Positions 1 through 8,657 of a DNA stretch of 32,000 nt are shown piece by piece. The DNA lies in assembly GCF_017876815.1 (NCBI RefSeq), contig NZ_JAGIOS010000001.1, forward strand, positions 1,590,001 to 1,622,000, given 5' to 3'. Below the pieces are notes generated by a model. That model worked only from the letters and a program-made list of their open reading frames with translations. It did not search any database and was not told where the DNA came from. Made by a program: the position numbers and the translations under genes. Origin of the DNA: Sinorhizobium meliloti (lineage in GTDB: Bacteria > Pseudomonadota > Alphaproteobacteria > Rhizobiales > Rhizobiaceae). Each line of letters opens with the position of its first letter. Positions within the stretch are counted from its first letter, which is position 1.

Positions 1-1
1 G

Positions 2-607
2 GGCCGCCGCATCGGGGTGCTTTCCGGCCCGGGCTTTGCCGCCGATATCGCTAGCGGCCTGCCGACTGCCATGGTGATCGCCGCCCCCGATACGGCGATC
101 GCGACGGAGCTTGCGGAGGCGCTTTCCGGGCGGACGTTCCGGCTCTATCCCTCGGCGGATCGCACCGGCGTTCAGCTTGGCGGGGCGCTCAAGAACGTGC
201 TGGCGATCGCCTGCGGCATCGTCGAAGGCGCCGGTCTCGGCGACTCGGCCCGCGCTGCGCTGATCTCGCGCGGGCTTGCGGAAATGTCGCGCTTCATCGT
301 TGCGAGAGGCGGCGAGGCGGACACGGTGCGCGGCCTTTCGGGATTGGGTGACCTCGTGCTGACCGCGACGAGCCACCAGTCGCGCAACCTGCGCTTCGGC
401 ATAGCGCTCGGCAAGGACGGCCGGGCCGCGGCCGGAAGCAGCGAGCTGGTCGAGGGCGCCTTTGCCGCATCCGTCGCCGCCCGCGTGGCGGGCGCACTCG
501 GCATCGAGATGCCGGTCACCGAGGCCGTCGCGGCCATCGTCGACGGAAAGCTGGATGTCCGCTCGGCCCTCGAACAACTGATGTCCAGACCGATCACCCA
601 CGAATGA
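2..607 (+). CDS. gpsA: NAD(P)H-dependent glycerol-3-phosphate dehydrogenase, C-terminal part (5' end lies left of the window)
   Basis: The frame is open from the window edge ([13 protein letters not shown]...). Translation carries GpsA-typical blocks [13 protein letters not shown] and [24 protein letters not shown]. Stop TGA at 605-607. Confidence 0.9.
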
Positions 608-624
608 TGTCTTCAGGAGGATCC

Positions 625-918
625 ATGCTCTTCGCACTGCTCTGCACGGACAAGCCCGGCGCGCTGCAACTCAGGCTCGACACGCGGCCCGACCATGTCG
701 CCTATCTCAACGACCTCAATGCCCGGGGCATCCTGAAGATCGCGGGGCCTTTCCTCGGCGCCGACGGCAAGCCGACGGGGAGCCTCGTGATCGTCAAGGC
801 CGATACGCTCGAAGAGGCCAGGGCGCTCGCCGAGGCCGATCCCTATGCGAAGGTGGGTCTCTTCGCCAATGTCGAGATCAAGGCCTACAACTGGGTCTTC
901 AACAATCCGGAGGCTTGA
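625..918 (+). CDS. YciI-family protein
   Basis: About 97 aa, MLFALLCTDKPGALQLRLDTRPDHVAYL...EADPYAKVGLF, typical YciI-like length and motifs. AGGAGG lies 6 nt upstream of ATG 625. The ORF-track start at 604 overlaps the gpsA stop and lacks an SD. Confidence 0.85.
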   Translation: MLFALLCTDKPGALQLRLDTRPDHVAYLNDLNARGILKIAGPFLGADGKPTGSLVIVKADTLEEARALAEADPYAKVGLFANVEIKAYNWVFNNPEA

Positions 919-924
919 GGGGCG

Positions 925-1356
925 ATGGCGTTCTGGCTCTACAAATCCGAACCGGCGAAATGGTCCTGGCAGATGCAGAAGGATGCCGGCGAGAAGGGCA
1001 CCGAATGGACGGGCGTGCGCAACTACCTGGCGCGCAACAACATGCGGGCGATGAAGATCGGCGACAAGGGCTTCTTCTATCACTCCAACGAGGGGCTCGA
1101 GATCGTCGGCATCACCGAGGTCTGCGCGTTGTCGCATCCGGATTCGACGGCCGAGGGCGACGCCCGCTGGGACTGCGTCGACATTCGCGCCGTCATGGAC
1201 ATTCCACGGCCGGTTTCACTCAAGGAAATCAAGGAAAATCCGAAGCTCGCCAAGATGTCGCTCGTTACGTCCATGCGCCTTTCGGTGCAGCCGGTGACGG
1301 ATGACGAGTGGATCGAGGTCTGCCGCATGGGCGGGCTGGACAATCCGCCCCGATAG
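925..1356 (+). CDS. EVE (PUA-like) domain-containing protein
   Basis: 143 aa, MAFWLYKSEPAKWSW...GVRNYLARNNMRAMKIGDKGFFYHSN, matching the stand-alone EVE/DUF589 family pattern. Confidence 0.85.
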   Translation: MAFWLYKSEPAKWSWQMQKDAGEKGTEWTGVRNYLARNNMRAMKIGDKGFFYHSNEGLEIVGITEVCALSHPDSTAEGDARWDCVDIRAVMDIPRPVSLKEIKENPKLAKMSLVTSMRLSVQPVTDDEWIEVCRMGGLDNPPR

Positions 1357-1370
1357 CGCCCCTGAATATC

Positions 1371-2027
1371 GTGAAGACCGATCCCGAAAGCTTCATCCGC
1401 GCCAACACCGACATTCTCGCGCCGCCGCACGTGCCGGAAATCCGCCTGCATCTTGCGGGAGAGGCGCATGAATTGTGGCTGAAGACCGAGGAAGAGCTGG
1501 AACGGATCGGGCTGCCGCCGCCCTTCTGGGCCTTCGCCTGGGCGGGCGGGCAGGGGCTTGCCCGCTATCTCCTCGATCATCCCGAGACGGTGCGCGGCCG
1601 CCGCGTCATCGATTTCGCCTCCGGTTCCGGCCTCGTCGCCATCGCGGCGAAGTTGGCCGGCGCCGATGAGGTCGTCGCCGCCGACATCGATCCTTGGTCC
1701 GAAACGGCCGCGCGGCTGAATGCCGGGCTCAACGGCGTATCGTTCGCCTTCACCGGCGACGATATCGTCGGCTCGGAACGGGCGGCCGACGTCTACCTCG
1801 CCGGAGACGTCTTCTACGACAAGAGCTTCGCCGATCTGCTTCTGCCCTGGTTCGAAGCGCTCGAACGCGCCGGTGCCGTCGTTCTCGTCGGCGATCCGGG
1901 CCGGGCCTATTGTCCACGCGGGCGGATGACTGACCTTGCGACCTACGAGGTACCGGTGACTCGGGCGCTCGAAGACAGCGAGGTGAAGCGCACGACCGTC
2001 TGGCGGTTCGGCACCCTCACGGGGTGA
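1371..2027 (+). CDS. class I SAM-dependent methyltransferase (COG3897-like)
   Basis: Motif I VIDFASGSGLVAIAA followed by the acidic loop VVAADID. The start is uncertain: GTG 1371 lies just after the EVE stop, whereas the ORF-track start GTG 1308 would overlap EVE by 49 nt. Confidence 0.8.
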   Translation: MKTDPESFIRANTDILAPPHVPEIRLHLAGEAHELWLKTEEELERIGLPPPFWAFAWAGGQGLARYLLDHPETVRGRRVIDFASGSGLVAIAAKLAGADEVVAADIDPWSETAARLNAGLNGVSFAFTGDDIVGSERAADVYLAGDVFYDKSFADLLLPWFEALERAGAVVLVGDPGRAYCPRGRMTDLATYEVPVTRALEDSEVKRTTVWRFGTLTG

Positions 2028-2045
2028 CCGCGATTTGCAGGGAAG

Positions 2046-2636
2046 CCCCTCCCCAACCCCTCCCACAACTACGGCATGCACATATCCTTGCGCGCCGGTG
2101 CGGCGGATACTGCTCATGAAGGGGATCCCTCGGGAACCCAACCGCCTCAACCCCGCTCGGTCGGGATTGCCCCTCAACCGGCTGCCGCCACCTTCTCCCC
2201 GCAGGCGGGGAGAAGGTATATGCCGCGCCCGCTCGCTCCCTCGGGCGGGCGGTGAATGCGGGGTTCAGTCGGCGCCGCTTGTCCCTTCTCCCCGCCTGCG
2301 GGGAGAAGGTGCCGGCAGGCGGATGAGGGGCGGGTGACCGCTAATGCCAATGTTAGCGCATACGGGTTTGACCCCAAGGACCCATCCGCAAGCCTCGCCA
2401 CTGCTGGAAATACAGATGCCGCCACTCCGGAGTAAGTCCGCGAAGGGCTGGACAACAAGAGATATGTGCATGCCGTAGGTCCCCACAAGGGGGAGAGGCT
2501 TAATCTGCCGCGCCCATTGCTCATATTTCATCGGTTTCGCAGGTGTGAACGCCGGGATGGCACTGGCGCCGCAACAGGCTCTAAGCCCCTCCACCCCCCC
2601 CTTTGTGGCCCTTTGTGGGGAGGGGTTGGGGAGGGG
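2046..2636. repeat. Composite inverted-repeat mosaic (RIME-like). The left arm is 2046-2086. Its reverse complement is split into 2461-2478 and 2613-2636.
   Basis: By direct reading, CTACGGCATGCACATATC (2069-2086) is the exact reverse complement of GATATGTGCATGCCGTAG (2461-2478). CCCCTCCCCAACCCCTCCCACAA (2046-2068) is the reverse complement of TTGTGGGGAGGGGTTGGGGAGGGG (2613-2636) apart from one extra G. Confidence 0.75.
2170..2330. repeat. About 160-bp TIR-bounded palindromic element, copy 1 (MITE/REP-like)
   Basis: Termini are CCCCTCAACCGGCTGCCGCCACCTTCTCCCC ... GGGGAGAAGGTGCCGGCAGGCGGATGAGGGG. Internal hairpins are CCTTCTCCCC-GCAGGC-GGGGAGAAGG (2191-2216) and 2284-2309. The element is near-identical to the reverse complement of 29756-29916. 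Confidence 0.85.
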
Positions 2637-2666
2637 TAAGGACGGCCCGCAGCGCAGCCGCAAATC

Positions 2667-3287
2667 CTACGGCCGGACGACGCAGACGCCGTGCTCCCAC
2701 GAACATGCGCTGGCGTTTACCTGCGGCGAGACGATGATGATCTTCGCGCGCTTCGAAGACGGATTGGCTGCGACGGTTTCCCCGGCGAGATAGGCGTAGC
2801 CGCCGTCCCGGCTGAAATAGATGCCGTTCCCTTCCTCGCGGAACGCCGAAAGGCCGCCGGCATAGGTACCGATATCCGGAATGGGTGTCGGGAAGTCGTA
2901 ACTCCCATAACTGTCGTAACCGCCGGATGCGTATCCGCCGCCATTGATGACGATCACGGGACCACGATCCCGCCCGCGGCGGGCGTTACGATGCCAGGGA
3001 TATCTCGGCCATGGATATCTTGGCCGCACATGACGGGTGCGGGTCTGAACATCGGGCAGGCCCCTGGAATCGGCGGATGAGAAACCGCCGATGGTCGTTA
3101 TTGACCGGTGGCCCTTGCGCCAGGAGTGATGGGGCGTGCGATGCTTGATCCGGACATGGCGGGTTCGGGTCTCCACATTGCGGAAACCGTCGCTTTCGGC
3201 GGCCCGTGCCGGTAAACCGGCGGGCATCGCAAGTGCGAAGGCCACGACTAGAACTTTGGTCGTGCGGATCATTCGCGAGAGGTCCAT
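2667..3287 (-). CDS. secreted hypothetical protein (basic repeat region plus Gly/Tyr-rich region)
   Basis: GGAGG lies 8 nt upstream of ATG 3287. Sec-type signal peptide MDLSRMIRTTKVLVVAFALAMPAGLPARA/AE. Internal repeats are ETRTRHVR / QTRTRHVR and PRYPW x2. I recognise no family. Confidence 0.6.
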   Translation of the reverse strand: MDLSRMIRTTKVLVVAFALAMPAGLPARAAESDGFRNVETRTRHVRIKHRTPHHSWRKGHRSITTIGGFSSADSRGLPDVQTRTRHVRPRYPWPRYPWHRNARRGRDRGPVIVINGGGYASGGYDSYGSYDFPTPIPDIGTYAGGLSAFREEGNGIYFSRDGGYAYLAGETVAANPSSKRAKIIIVSPQVNASACSWEHGVCVVRP

Positions 3288-3591
3288 TCTCGCTGCCTCC
3301 GGATCATCGTTAACAAACAGTTAAAGTGCATCCTGCGGCAACCGGCGGGAAATGTCACGGATTCGGTTGGGTTTTTTTCCCTGTACGGTTAAAAGACCCG
3401 ATGTCTCTCGAAGGCTGGAAAATGCCGTTTTCCGTCAAATCGATTAAATTGATTTTGCACTGCAAACACACTTGTCGGGAAGCCTTATGGTGATTAAAGG
3501 TCCGGGTGACTGAATTGCGCACAATCGGGTGCGATACCGGACGAAACCAGTCCAGTTTTGGACGAAAATCCGGTCATCCCGCGAGGTTCCG

Positions 3592-3984
3592 ATGACGAAT
3601 GTCACAAGAAGCCGGCCGCTCTCGCCGCATCTTCAAATCTACAAGCCGATCCCCACCATGATCATGTCGATCATGCACCGCATCACCGGCGGCGCGCTCT
3701 ATTTCGGCACCGTCCTTGTGGCCTGGTGGCTGATCGCCGCTGCTTCCGGCACTGCCTATTACGACTGGGTGAACTGGCTGTTCGGCACGTTCATCGGCAA
3801 GGTCGTCCTCTTCGGCTATACCTGGGCCCTTGTACATCACCTGCTGGGCGGCATACGCCACCTCGCCTGGGATCTCGGCTACGGCTATGAGAAGCACTTC
3901 GCGACGAGGATGGCGAAGGCCATGATCGTCGCATCGGCGACGCTGACGCTCGTCATCTGGGTCGTCGGCTACCTCGCTCGTTAA
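3592..3984 (+). CDS. sdhC: succinate dehydrogenase cytochrome b556 subunit
   Basis: [33 protein letters not shown] is the canonical SdhC N-terminus. GAGG lies 5 nt upstream of ATG 3592, and the gene heads sdhDAB. The longer 3529 start adds a non-homologous extension. Confidence 0.93.
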   Translation: MTNVTRSRPLSPHLQIYKPIPTMIMSIMHRITGGALYFGTVLVAWWLIAAASGTAYYDWVNWLFGTFIGKVVLFGYTWALVHHLLGGIRHLAWDLGYGYEKHFATRMAKAMIVASATLTLVIWVVGYLAR

Positions 3985-3994
3985 GGACTTCGAC

Positions 3995-4375
3995 ATGAAT
4001 ATGCGCACACCTCTCGGCAAGGTCCGGGGTCTCGGTTCGGCAAAGGAAGGCACGGATCACTTCTGGCGGCAGCGCCTCACGGCCGTCGCCAGCATTCCTC
4101 TCACGATCTTCTTCGTCGTCTTTCTCGCCCATTATGCGGGCGCACCGCATGCGGAACTGATCGCGGCCCTTTCGAACCCGTTCGTGGCGGTGACCATGGG
4201 TCTGATGGTCGTCGCCGGCCTCGTTCACATGAAGATCGGCATGCAGGTCATCATCGAGGACTACGTCCATGGGGAGGGCGCCAAGATAGCGCTTCTCATG
4301 CTCAACACATTCTTCACGATCGCGGTCGGCGGGCTCTGTCTTTTCGCCGTCCTGAAGATCGCATTTGCAGGGTAA
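3995..4375 (+). CDS. sdhD: succinate dehydrogenase hydrophobic membrane anchor subunit
   Basis: 126 aa with three predicted TM segments, [21 protein letters not shown] at the N-terminus, positioned between sdhC and sdhA. Confidence 0.93.
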   Translation: MNMRTPLGKVRGLGSAKEGTDHFWRQRLTAVASIPLTIFFVVFLAHYAGAPHAELIAALSNPFVAVTMGLMVVAGLVHMKIGMQVIIEDYVHGEGAKIALLMLNTFFTIAVGGLCLFAVLKIAFAG

Positions 4376-4382
4376 TTTCGTC

Positions 4383-6224
4383 ATGGCATCGATCAGTTCA
4401 CCCGCTGCAAACGGCAAGGCATATCAATATGTCGACCATTCCTTCGACGTCGTCGTCGTCGGCGCCGGCGGGGCGGGCCTGCGCGCGACCCTCGGCATGG
4501 CCGAGCAGGGCCTGAGGACGGCCTGCATCACCAAGGTCTTCCCGACGCGTTCGCATACCGTCGCGGCACAGGGCGGCATCGCCGCTTCGCTGCAGAACAT
4601 GACGCCCGACTCCTGGCAGTGGCATCTTTACGACACCGTCAAGGGCTCCGACTGGCTCGGCGATGTCGACGCCATGCAGTACCTCGCCATGGAGGCGCCG
4701 AAGGCGGTCTACGAACTCGAGCACTATGGCGTTCCCTTCTCGCGCAACGCGGAAGGCAAGATCTATCAGCGCCCCTTCGGCGGCCACATGCAGAACTACG
4801 GCGAAGGACCGCCGGTGCAGCGCACCTGCGCTGCCGCCGACCGTACCGGCCACGCGATCCTGCATACGCTTTACGGTCAGTCGCTCCGGAACAATGCCGA
4901 ATTCTTCATCGAATATTTCGCCATCGACCTGATCATGTCGGATGACGGCCGCTGCACCGGCGTGGTCGCCTGGAACCTCGACGACGGCACGATCCACCGC
5001 TTCGCCGCCAAGATGGTGGTGCTGGCGACCGGCGGCTACGGCCGCGCCTATTTCTCCGCGACCTCGGCGCATACCTGCACCGGCGACGGCGGCGGCATGA
5101 TCGCCCGCGCCGGCCTGCCGCTGCAGGACATGGAATTCGTGCAGTTCCATCCGACCGGCATCTACGGCGCGGGCTGCCTGATCACCGAAGGCGCCCGCGG
5201 CGAGGGCGGCTATCTGGTCAATTCCGAGGGCGAGCGCTTCATGGAGCGCTACGCGCCTTCTGCCAAGGACCTTGCCTCGCGCGACGTCGTTTCCCGCTGC
5301 ATGACGATGGAAATCCGCGAGGGCCGGGGCGTCGGCAAGAACAAGGACCATATCTTCCTGCACCTCGACCATCTCGATCCCGCGGTGCTGCATGAGCGCC
5401 TCCCGGGAATTTCGGAATCGGCGAAAATCTTCGCCGGCGTCGACGTCACGCGCGAACCGATCCCGGTGCTGCCGACGGTTCACTACAATATGGGCGGCGT
5501 GCCGACCAATTATTGGGGCGAAGTGCTGAACGCGGACAGCCAGAACCCGGAGCGCATCGCGCCCGGACTGATGGCGGTCGGCGAGGCCGGCTGCGCCTCG
5601 GTGCACGGCGCCAACCGGCTCGGCTCGAACTCGCTGATCGACCTCGTCGTCTTCGGCCGGGCGGCGGCAATCCGTGCCGGCCAGATCATCGACCGCAACG
5701 AGGCGGTGCCGGAGGTCAACACGGCCGCCTGCGACCGCATCATGGAGCGTTTCGACCGGCTGCGGCACGCCAACGGCACCACGCCGACCGCCGTGCTGCG
5801 CGACAAGATGCAGCGCGCCATGCAGGAGGACGCGGCCGTGTTCCGTACGCAGGAGTCGCTGGAATCCGGCTGCCGGCGCCTCTCGGCGATCTGGAAGGAA
5901 CTGCCGGACGTCAGGGTCACCGACCGCTCGATGATCTGGAACTCGGATCTCGTCGAGACGCTGGAGCTCGAAAATCTGATGGCTAACGCCATCACCACGG
6001 TCTACGGCGCCGAGGCGCGCAAGGAAAGCCGCGGCGCGCATGCGCGCGAGGACTACAAGGACGGCCCGCTCGGCGGCCGCGACGACGTCAACTGGCGCAA
6101 GCACACGCTTGCCTGGGTCAACGACGCGGGCGACGTCCGGCTCGATTTTCGTCCCGTGCACACCGAGCTGATCGCCGAAGGCATCGATCCCTACAAGATC
6201 GAGCCCAAGGCCCGCGTCTACTGA
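4383..6224 (+). CDS. sdhA: succinate dehydrogenase flavoprotein subunit
   Basis: FAD fold [13 protein letters not shown], covalent-FAD His context [10 protein letters not shown], and C-terminal EPKARVY. The likely start is ATG 4383 (MASISSP...), 8 nt after the sdhD stop. Confidence 0.97.
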   Translation: MASISSPAANGKAYQYVDHSFDVVVVGAGGAGLRATLGMAEQGLRTACITKVFPTRSHTVAAQGGIAASLQNMTPDSWQWHLYDTVKGSDWLGDVDAMQYLAMEAPKAVYELEHYGVPFSRNAEGKIYQRPFGGHMQNYGEGPPVQRTCAAADRTGHAILHTLYGQSLRNNAEFFIEYFAIDLIMSDDGRCTGVVAWNLDDGTIHRFAAKMVVLATGGYGRAYFSATSAHTCTGDGGGMIARAGLPLQDMEFVQFHPTGIYGAGCLITEGARGEGGYLVNSEGERFMERYAPSAKDLASRDVVSRCMTMEIREGRGVGKNKDHIFLHLDHLDPAVLHERLPGISESAKIFAGVDVTREPIPVLPTVHYNMGGVPTNYWGEVLNADSQNPERIAPGLMAVGEAGCASVHGANRLGSNSLIDLVVFGRAAAIRAGQIIDRNEAVPEVNTAACDRIMERFDRLRHANGTTPTAVLRDKMQRAMQEDAAVFRTQESLESGCRRLSAIWKELPDVRVTDRSMIWNSDLVETLELENLMANAITTVYGAEARKESRGAHAREDYKDGPLGGRDDVNWRKHTLAWVNDAGDVRLDFRPVHTELIAEGIDPYKIEPKARVY

Positions 6225-6242
6225 TCTCGAGGACTAAGGCAC

Positions 6243-7022
6243 ATGGTTGAACTCGCTCTCCCCAAGAACTCGCAGATCACCGAAGGCAAGGTGTGGCCGA
6301 AACCGGTCGGCGCGGCGAACCTGCGCGAATACCGGGTCTATCGCTGGAATCCGGACGACGGCAAAAACCCGCGGATCGATACCTATTACATCGATATCGA
6401 CGATTGCGGCCCGATGGTTCTGGACGGTCTGCTCTACATCAAGAACAATATCGATCCGACGCTGACGCTGCGTCGCTCCTGCCGCGAAGGCATTTGCGGC
6501 TCCTGTGCGATGAATATCGACGGCACCAATACGCTCGCCTGCACCAAGGGCATGGATGAGGTGAAGGGCGCCGTGAAGGTGTATCCGCTGCCGCATATGC
6601 CCGTCGTCAAGGACCTCGTGCCTGACCTCACCAATTTCTATGCCCAGCACCGTTCGATCGAGCCCTGGCTGAAGACGGTGTCGCCGACACCGGCCAAGGA
6701 ATGGCGGCAGAGCCACGAAGACCGCCTCAAGCTCGACGGGCTCTATGAGTGCATTCTCTGCGCCTGCTGCTCGACCTCCTGTCCCAGCTACTGGTGGAAC
6801 GGCGACCGCTATCTCGGCCCTGCCGTCCTCCTGCAGGCCTATCGCTGGCTCATCGACTCCAGGGACGAGGCGACCGGCGAGCGTCTCGACAATCTCGAAG
6901 ATCCGTTCCGGCTCTATCGCTGCCACACAATCATGAACTGCGCCCAGGCCTGTCCGAAGGGGTTGAACCCCGCCAAGGCGATCGGCGAGATCAAGAAGAT
7001 GCTGGTCGAGCGGCGGTTCTGA
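6243..7022 (+). CDS. sdhB: succinate dehydrogenase iron-sulfur subunit
   Basis: Three Fe-S cluster motifs: [22 protein letters not shown] and [14 protein letters not shown]. Confidence 0.97.
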   Translation: MVELALPKNSQITEGKVWPKPVGAANLREYRVYRWNPDDGKNPRIDTYYIDIDDCGPMVLDGLLYIKNNIDPTLTLRRSCREGICGSCAMNIDGTNTLACTKGMDEVKGAVKVYPLPHMPVVKDLVPDLTNFYAQHRSIEPWLKTVSPTPAKEWRQSHEDRLKLDGLYECILCACCSTSCPSYWWNGDRYLGPAVLLQAYRWLIDSRDEATGERLDNLEDPFRLYRCHTIMNCAQACPKGLNPAKAIGEIKKMLVERRF

Positions 7023-7056
7023 CCATCCGCCCTGCAGGTGTTTTCAGCAGCATTTC

Positions 7057-7087
7057 AACGGCGGGCCTCGGCTCGCCGTTTTGCTTT
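7057..7087 (+). terminator. rho-independent terminator after sdhB
   Basis: AACGGCGGGC-ctcg-GCTCGCCGTT forms a 10-bp stem with one G.U, followed by TTTTGCTTT, starting 35 nt after the sdhB stop. Confidence 0.7.
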
Positions 7088-7172
7088 CACGTCCGTCACA
7101 TCGACGTGTTGCTAAGTGATTTGAAACGCGCGGCGAGGCAGTTAGGTAATAGCCGAGGATGGAGGTCCGCCG

Positions 7173-7769
7173 ATGCTTCGCCTGCTGTTCGGTTTTCTCG
7201 TCACGTGTTTCCTGCTGCTGCCGGCGCGGGCGGCGGAACCGCAATATGCTATCTTTGCCGGCGGCTGCTTCTGGTGCGTCGAGAGCGACTTCGACGCCGT
7301 GCCCGGCGTTCTCGAAACGATCTCCGGCTATGCCGGCGGCAAGAGCGCGAACCCCACCTACGAAGATTATGCGAAGGGTGGACACCGCGAGGTGGTGCGC
7401 GTGAAGTTCGACCCGGACCGGGTCTCCTATGCGGAGCTCGTCGGCGTCCTGTTCCGTACGACGGACCCGACGGATGGCGATGGCCAGTTCTGCGACCGGG
7501 GCTTTGCCTATACGACCGCCATCCATGCGCTGAACGAGCGGCAGGCGATGGACGCGAAGGCGGAAAAGATCAAGGCCGAGGCGGAGCTCGGCCGACCGAT
7601 CGTAACGCCCGTCGAAGGCGCAGCGAAATTCTGGCCGGCGGAAGACTACCATCAGGACTTCGGCAAGCGGAACCCCATCCGCTACTGGTACTACCGCAAC
7701 GGCTGCGGCAGGAACCGGACGGTCGAAAAGCTCTGGGGCGATCGCGCCTATGCGGGCGTCAGCCATTGA
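7173..7769 (+). CDS. msrA: peptide-methionine (S)-S-oxide reductase with N-terminal signal peptide
   Basis: Catalytic GGCFWCVE motif and an EDYHQDF-type C-terminal block. N-terminus MLRLLFGFLVTCFLLLPARA/AEP looks like a Sec signal. GGAGG lies 8 nt upstream of the ATG. Confidence 0.9.
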   Translation: MLRLLFGFLVTCFLLLPARAAEPQYAIFAGGCFWCVESDFDAVPGVLETISGYAGGKSANPTYEDYAKGGHREVVRVKFDPDRVSYAELVGVLFRTTDPTDGDGQFCDRGFAYTTAIHALNERQAMDAKAEKIKAEAELGRPIVTPVEGAAKFWPAEDYHQDFGKRNPIRYWYYRNGCGRNRTVEKLWGDRAYAGVSH

Positions 7770-7777
7770 TCCGATTG

Positions 7778-7933
7778 CCCCTCATCCGCCTGCCGGCACC
7801 TTCTCCCCGTTTCACGGGGAGAAGGGACATGGGGCATCCGCTCATTACGCCGCGATCACCGAGGAGTGAGGGGAGCGTGCCACTTGTCCCTTCGCCCCGC
7901 CCGCGGAGAAGGTGCCGGCAGGCGGATGAGGGG
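7778..7933. repeat. About 156-bp TIR-bounded palindromic element, copy 2 (different core)
   Basis: It has the same termini as copies 1 and 3 (CCCCTCATCCGCCTGCCGGCACCTTCTCCCC ... GGAGAAGGTGCCGGCAGGCGGATGAGGGG) and a hairpin CCTTCTCCCCG-tttca-CGGGGAGAAGG at 7799-7825. It lies between the convergent msrA and ThuA-like genes. Confidence 0.85.
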
Positions 7934-7950
7934 CAGCGCCGGATGCCAGA

Positions 7951-7981
7951 CAGAAACGGCGGAACTCAACCGATCCGCCGT
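7951..7981 (-). terminator. candidate terminator for the minus-strand ThuA-like gene
   Basis: Stem ACGGCGGA (7956-7963) pairs with TCCGCCGT (7974-7981), beginning 5 nt past the stop. On the minus strand it is followed by TTCTGTCT, only a moderate U-tract. Confidence 0.4.
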
Positions 7982-7986
7982 CTCCC

Positions 7987-8628
<642 letters not shown>

Positions 8629-8657
8629 GTCGAACTCCTCCTAATGCGATTTATGCG

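Noticed and set aside
925-1356. The EVE-domain gene as part of an anti-phage or modified-DNA restriction system.
   Set aside because: It is a stand-alone 143-aa EVE protein with no fused or adjacent nuclease, helicase or ATPase. It is flanked by gpsA and a YciI-like gene in what looks like a native housekeeping context.
2035-2337. ORFs encoding PLIRLPAPSPRRRGEG-like peptides (also 29737..29925 -, 7866..8270 +, 2174..2524 -, 2265..2663 -).
   Set aside because: They are translations of the palindromic TIR repeats. The same peptide appears on both strands because the DNA is an inverted repeat, so these are not protein genes.
4398-6161. 587-aa ORF antisense to sdhA. Similar giants occur at 19368..21734 (-), 21877..24723 (-), 27403..29730 (-), 13542..15557 (-), 11166..12665 (-) and 12413..13591 (-).
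   Set aside because: Each lies entirely opposite a gene with unmistakable conserved motifs. Their translations are Arg/Ala/Gly/Asp-rich low-information sequence, typical of stop-codon-poor antisense frames in high-GC DNA, and none has an SD or a recognisable domain.
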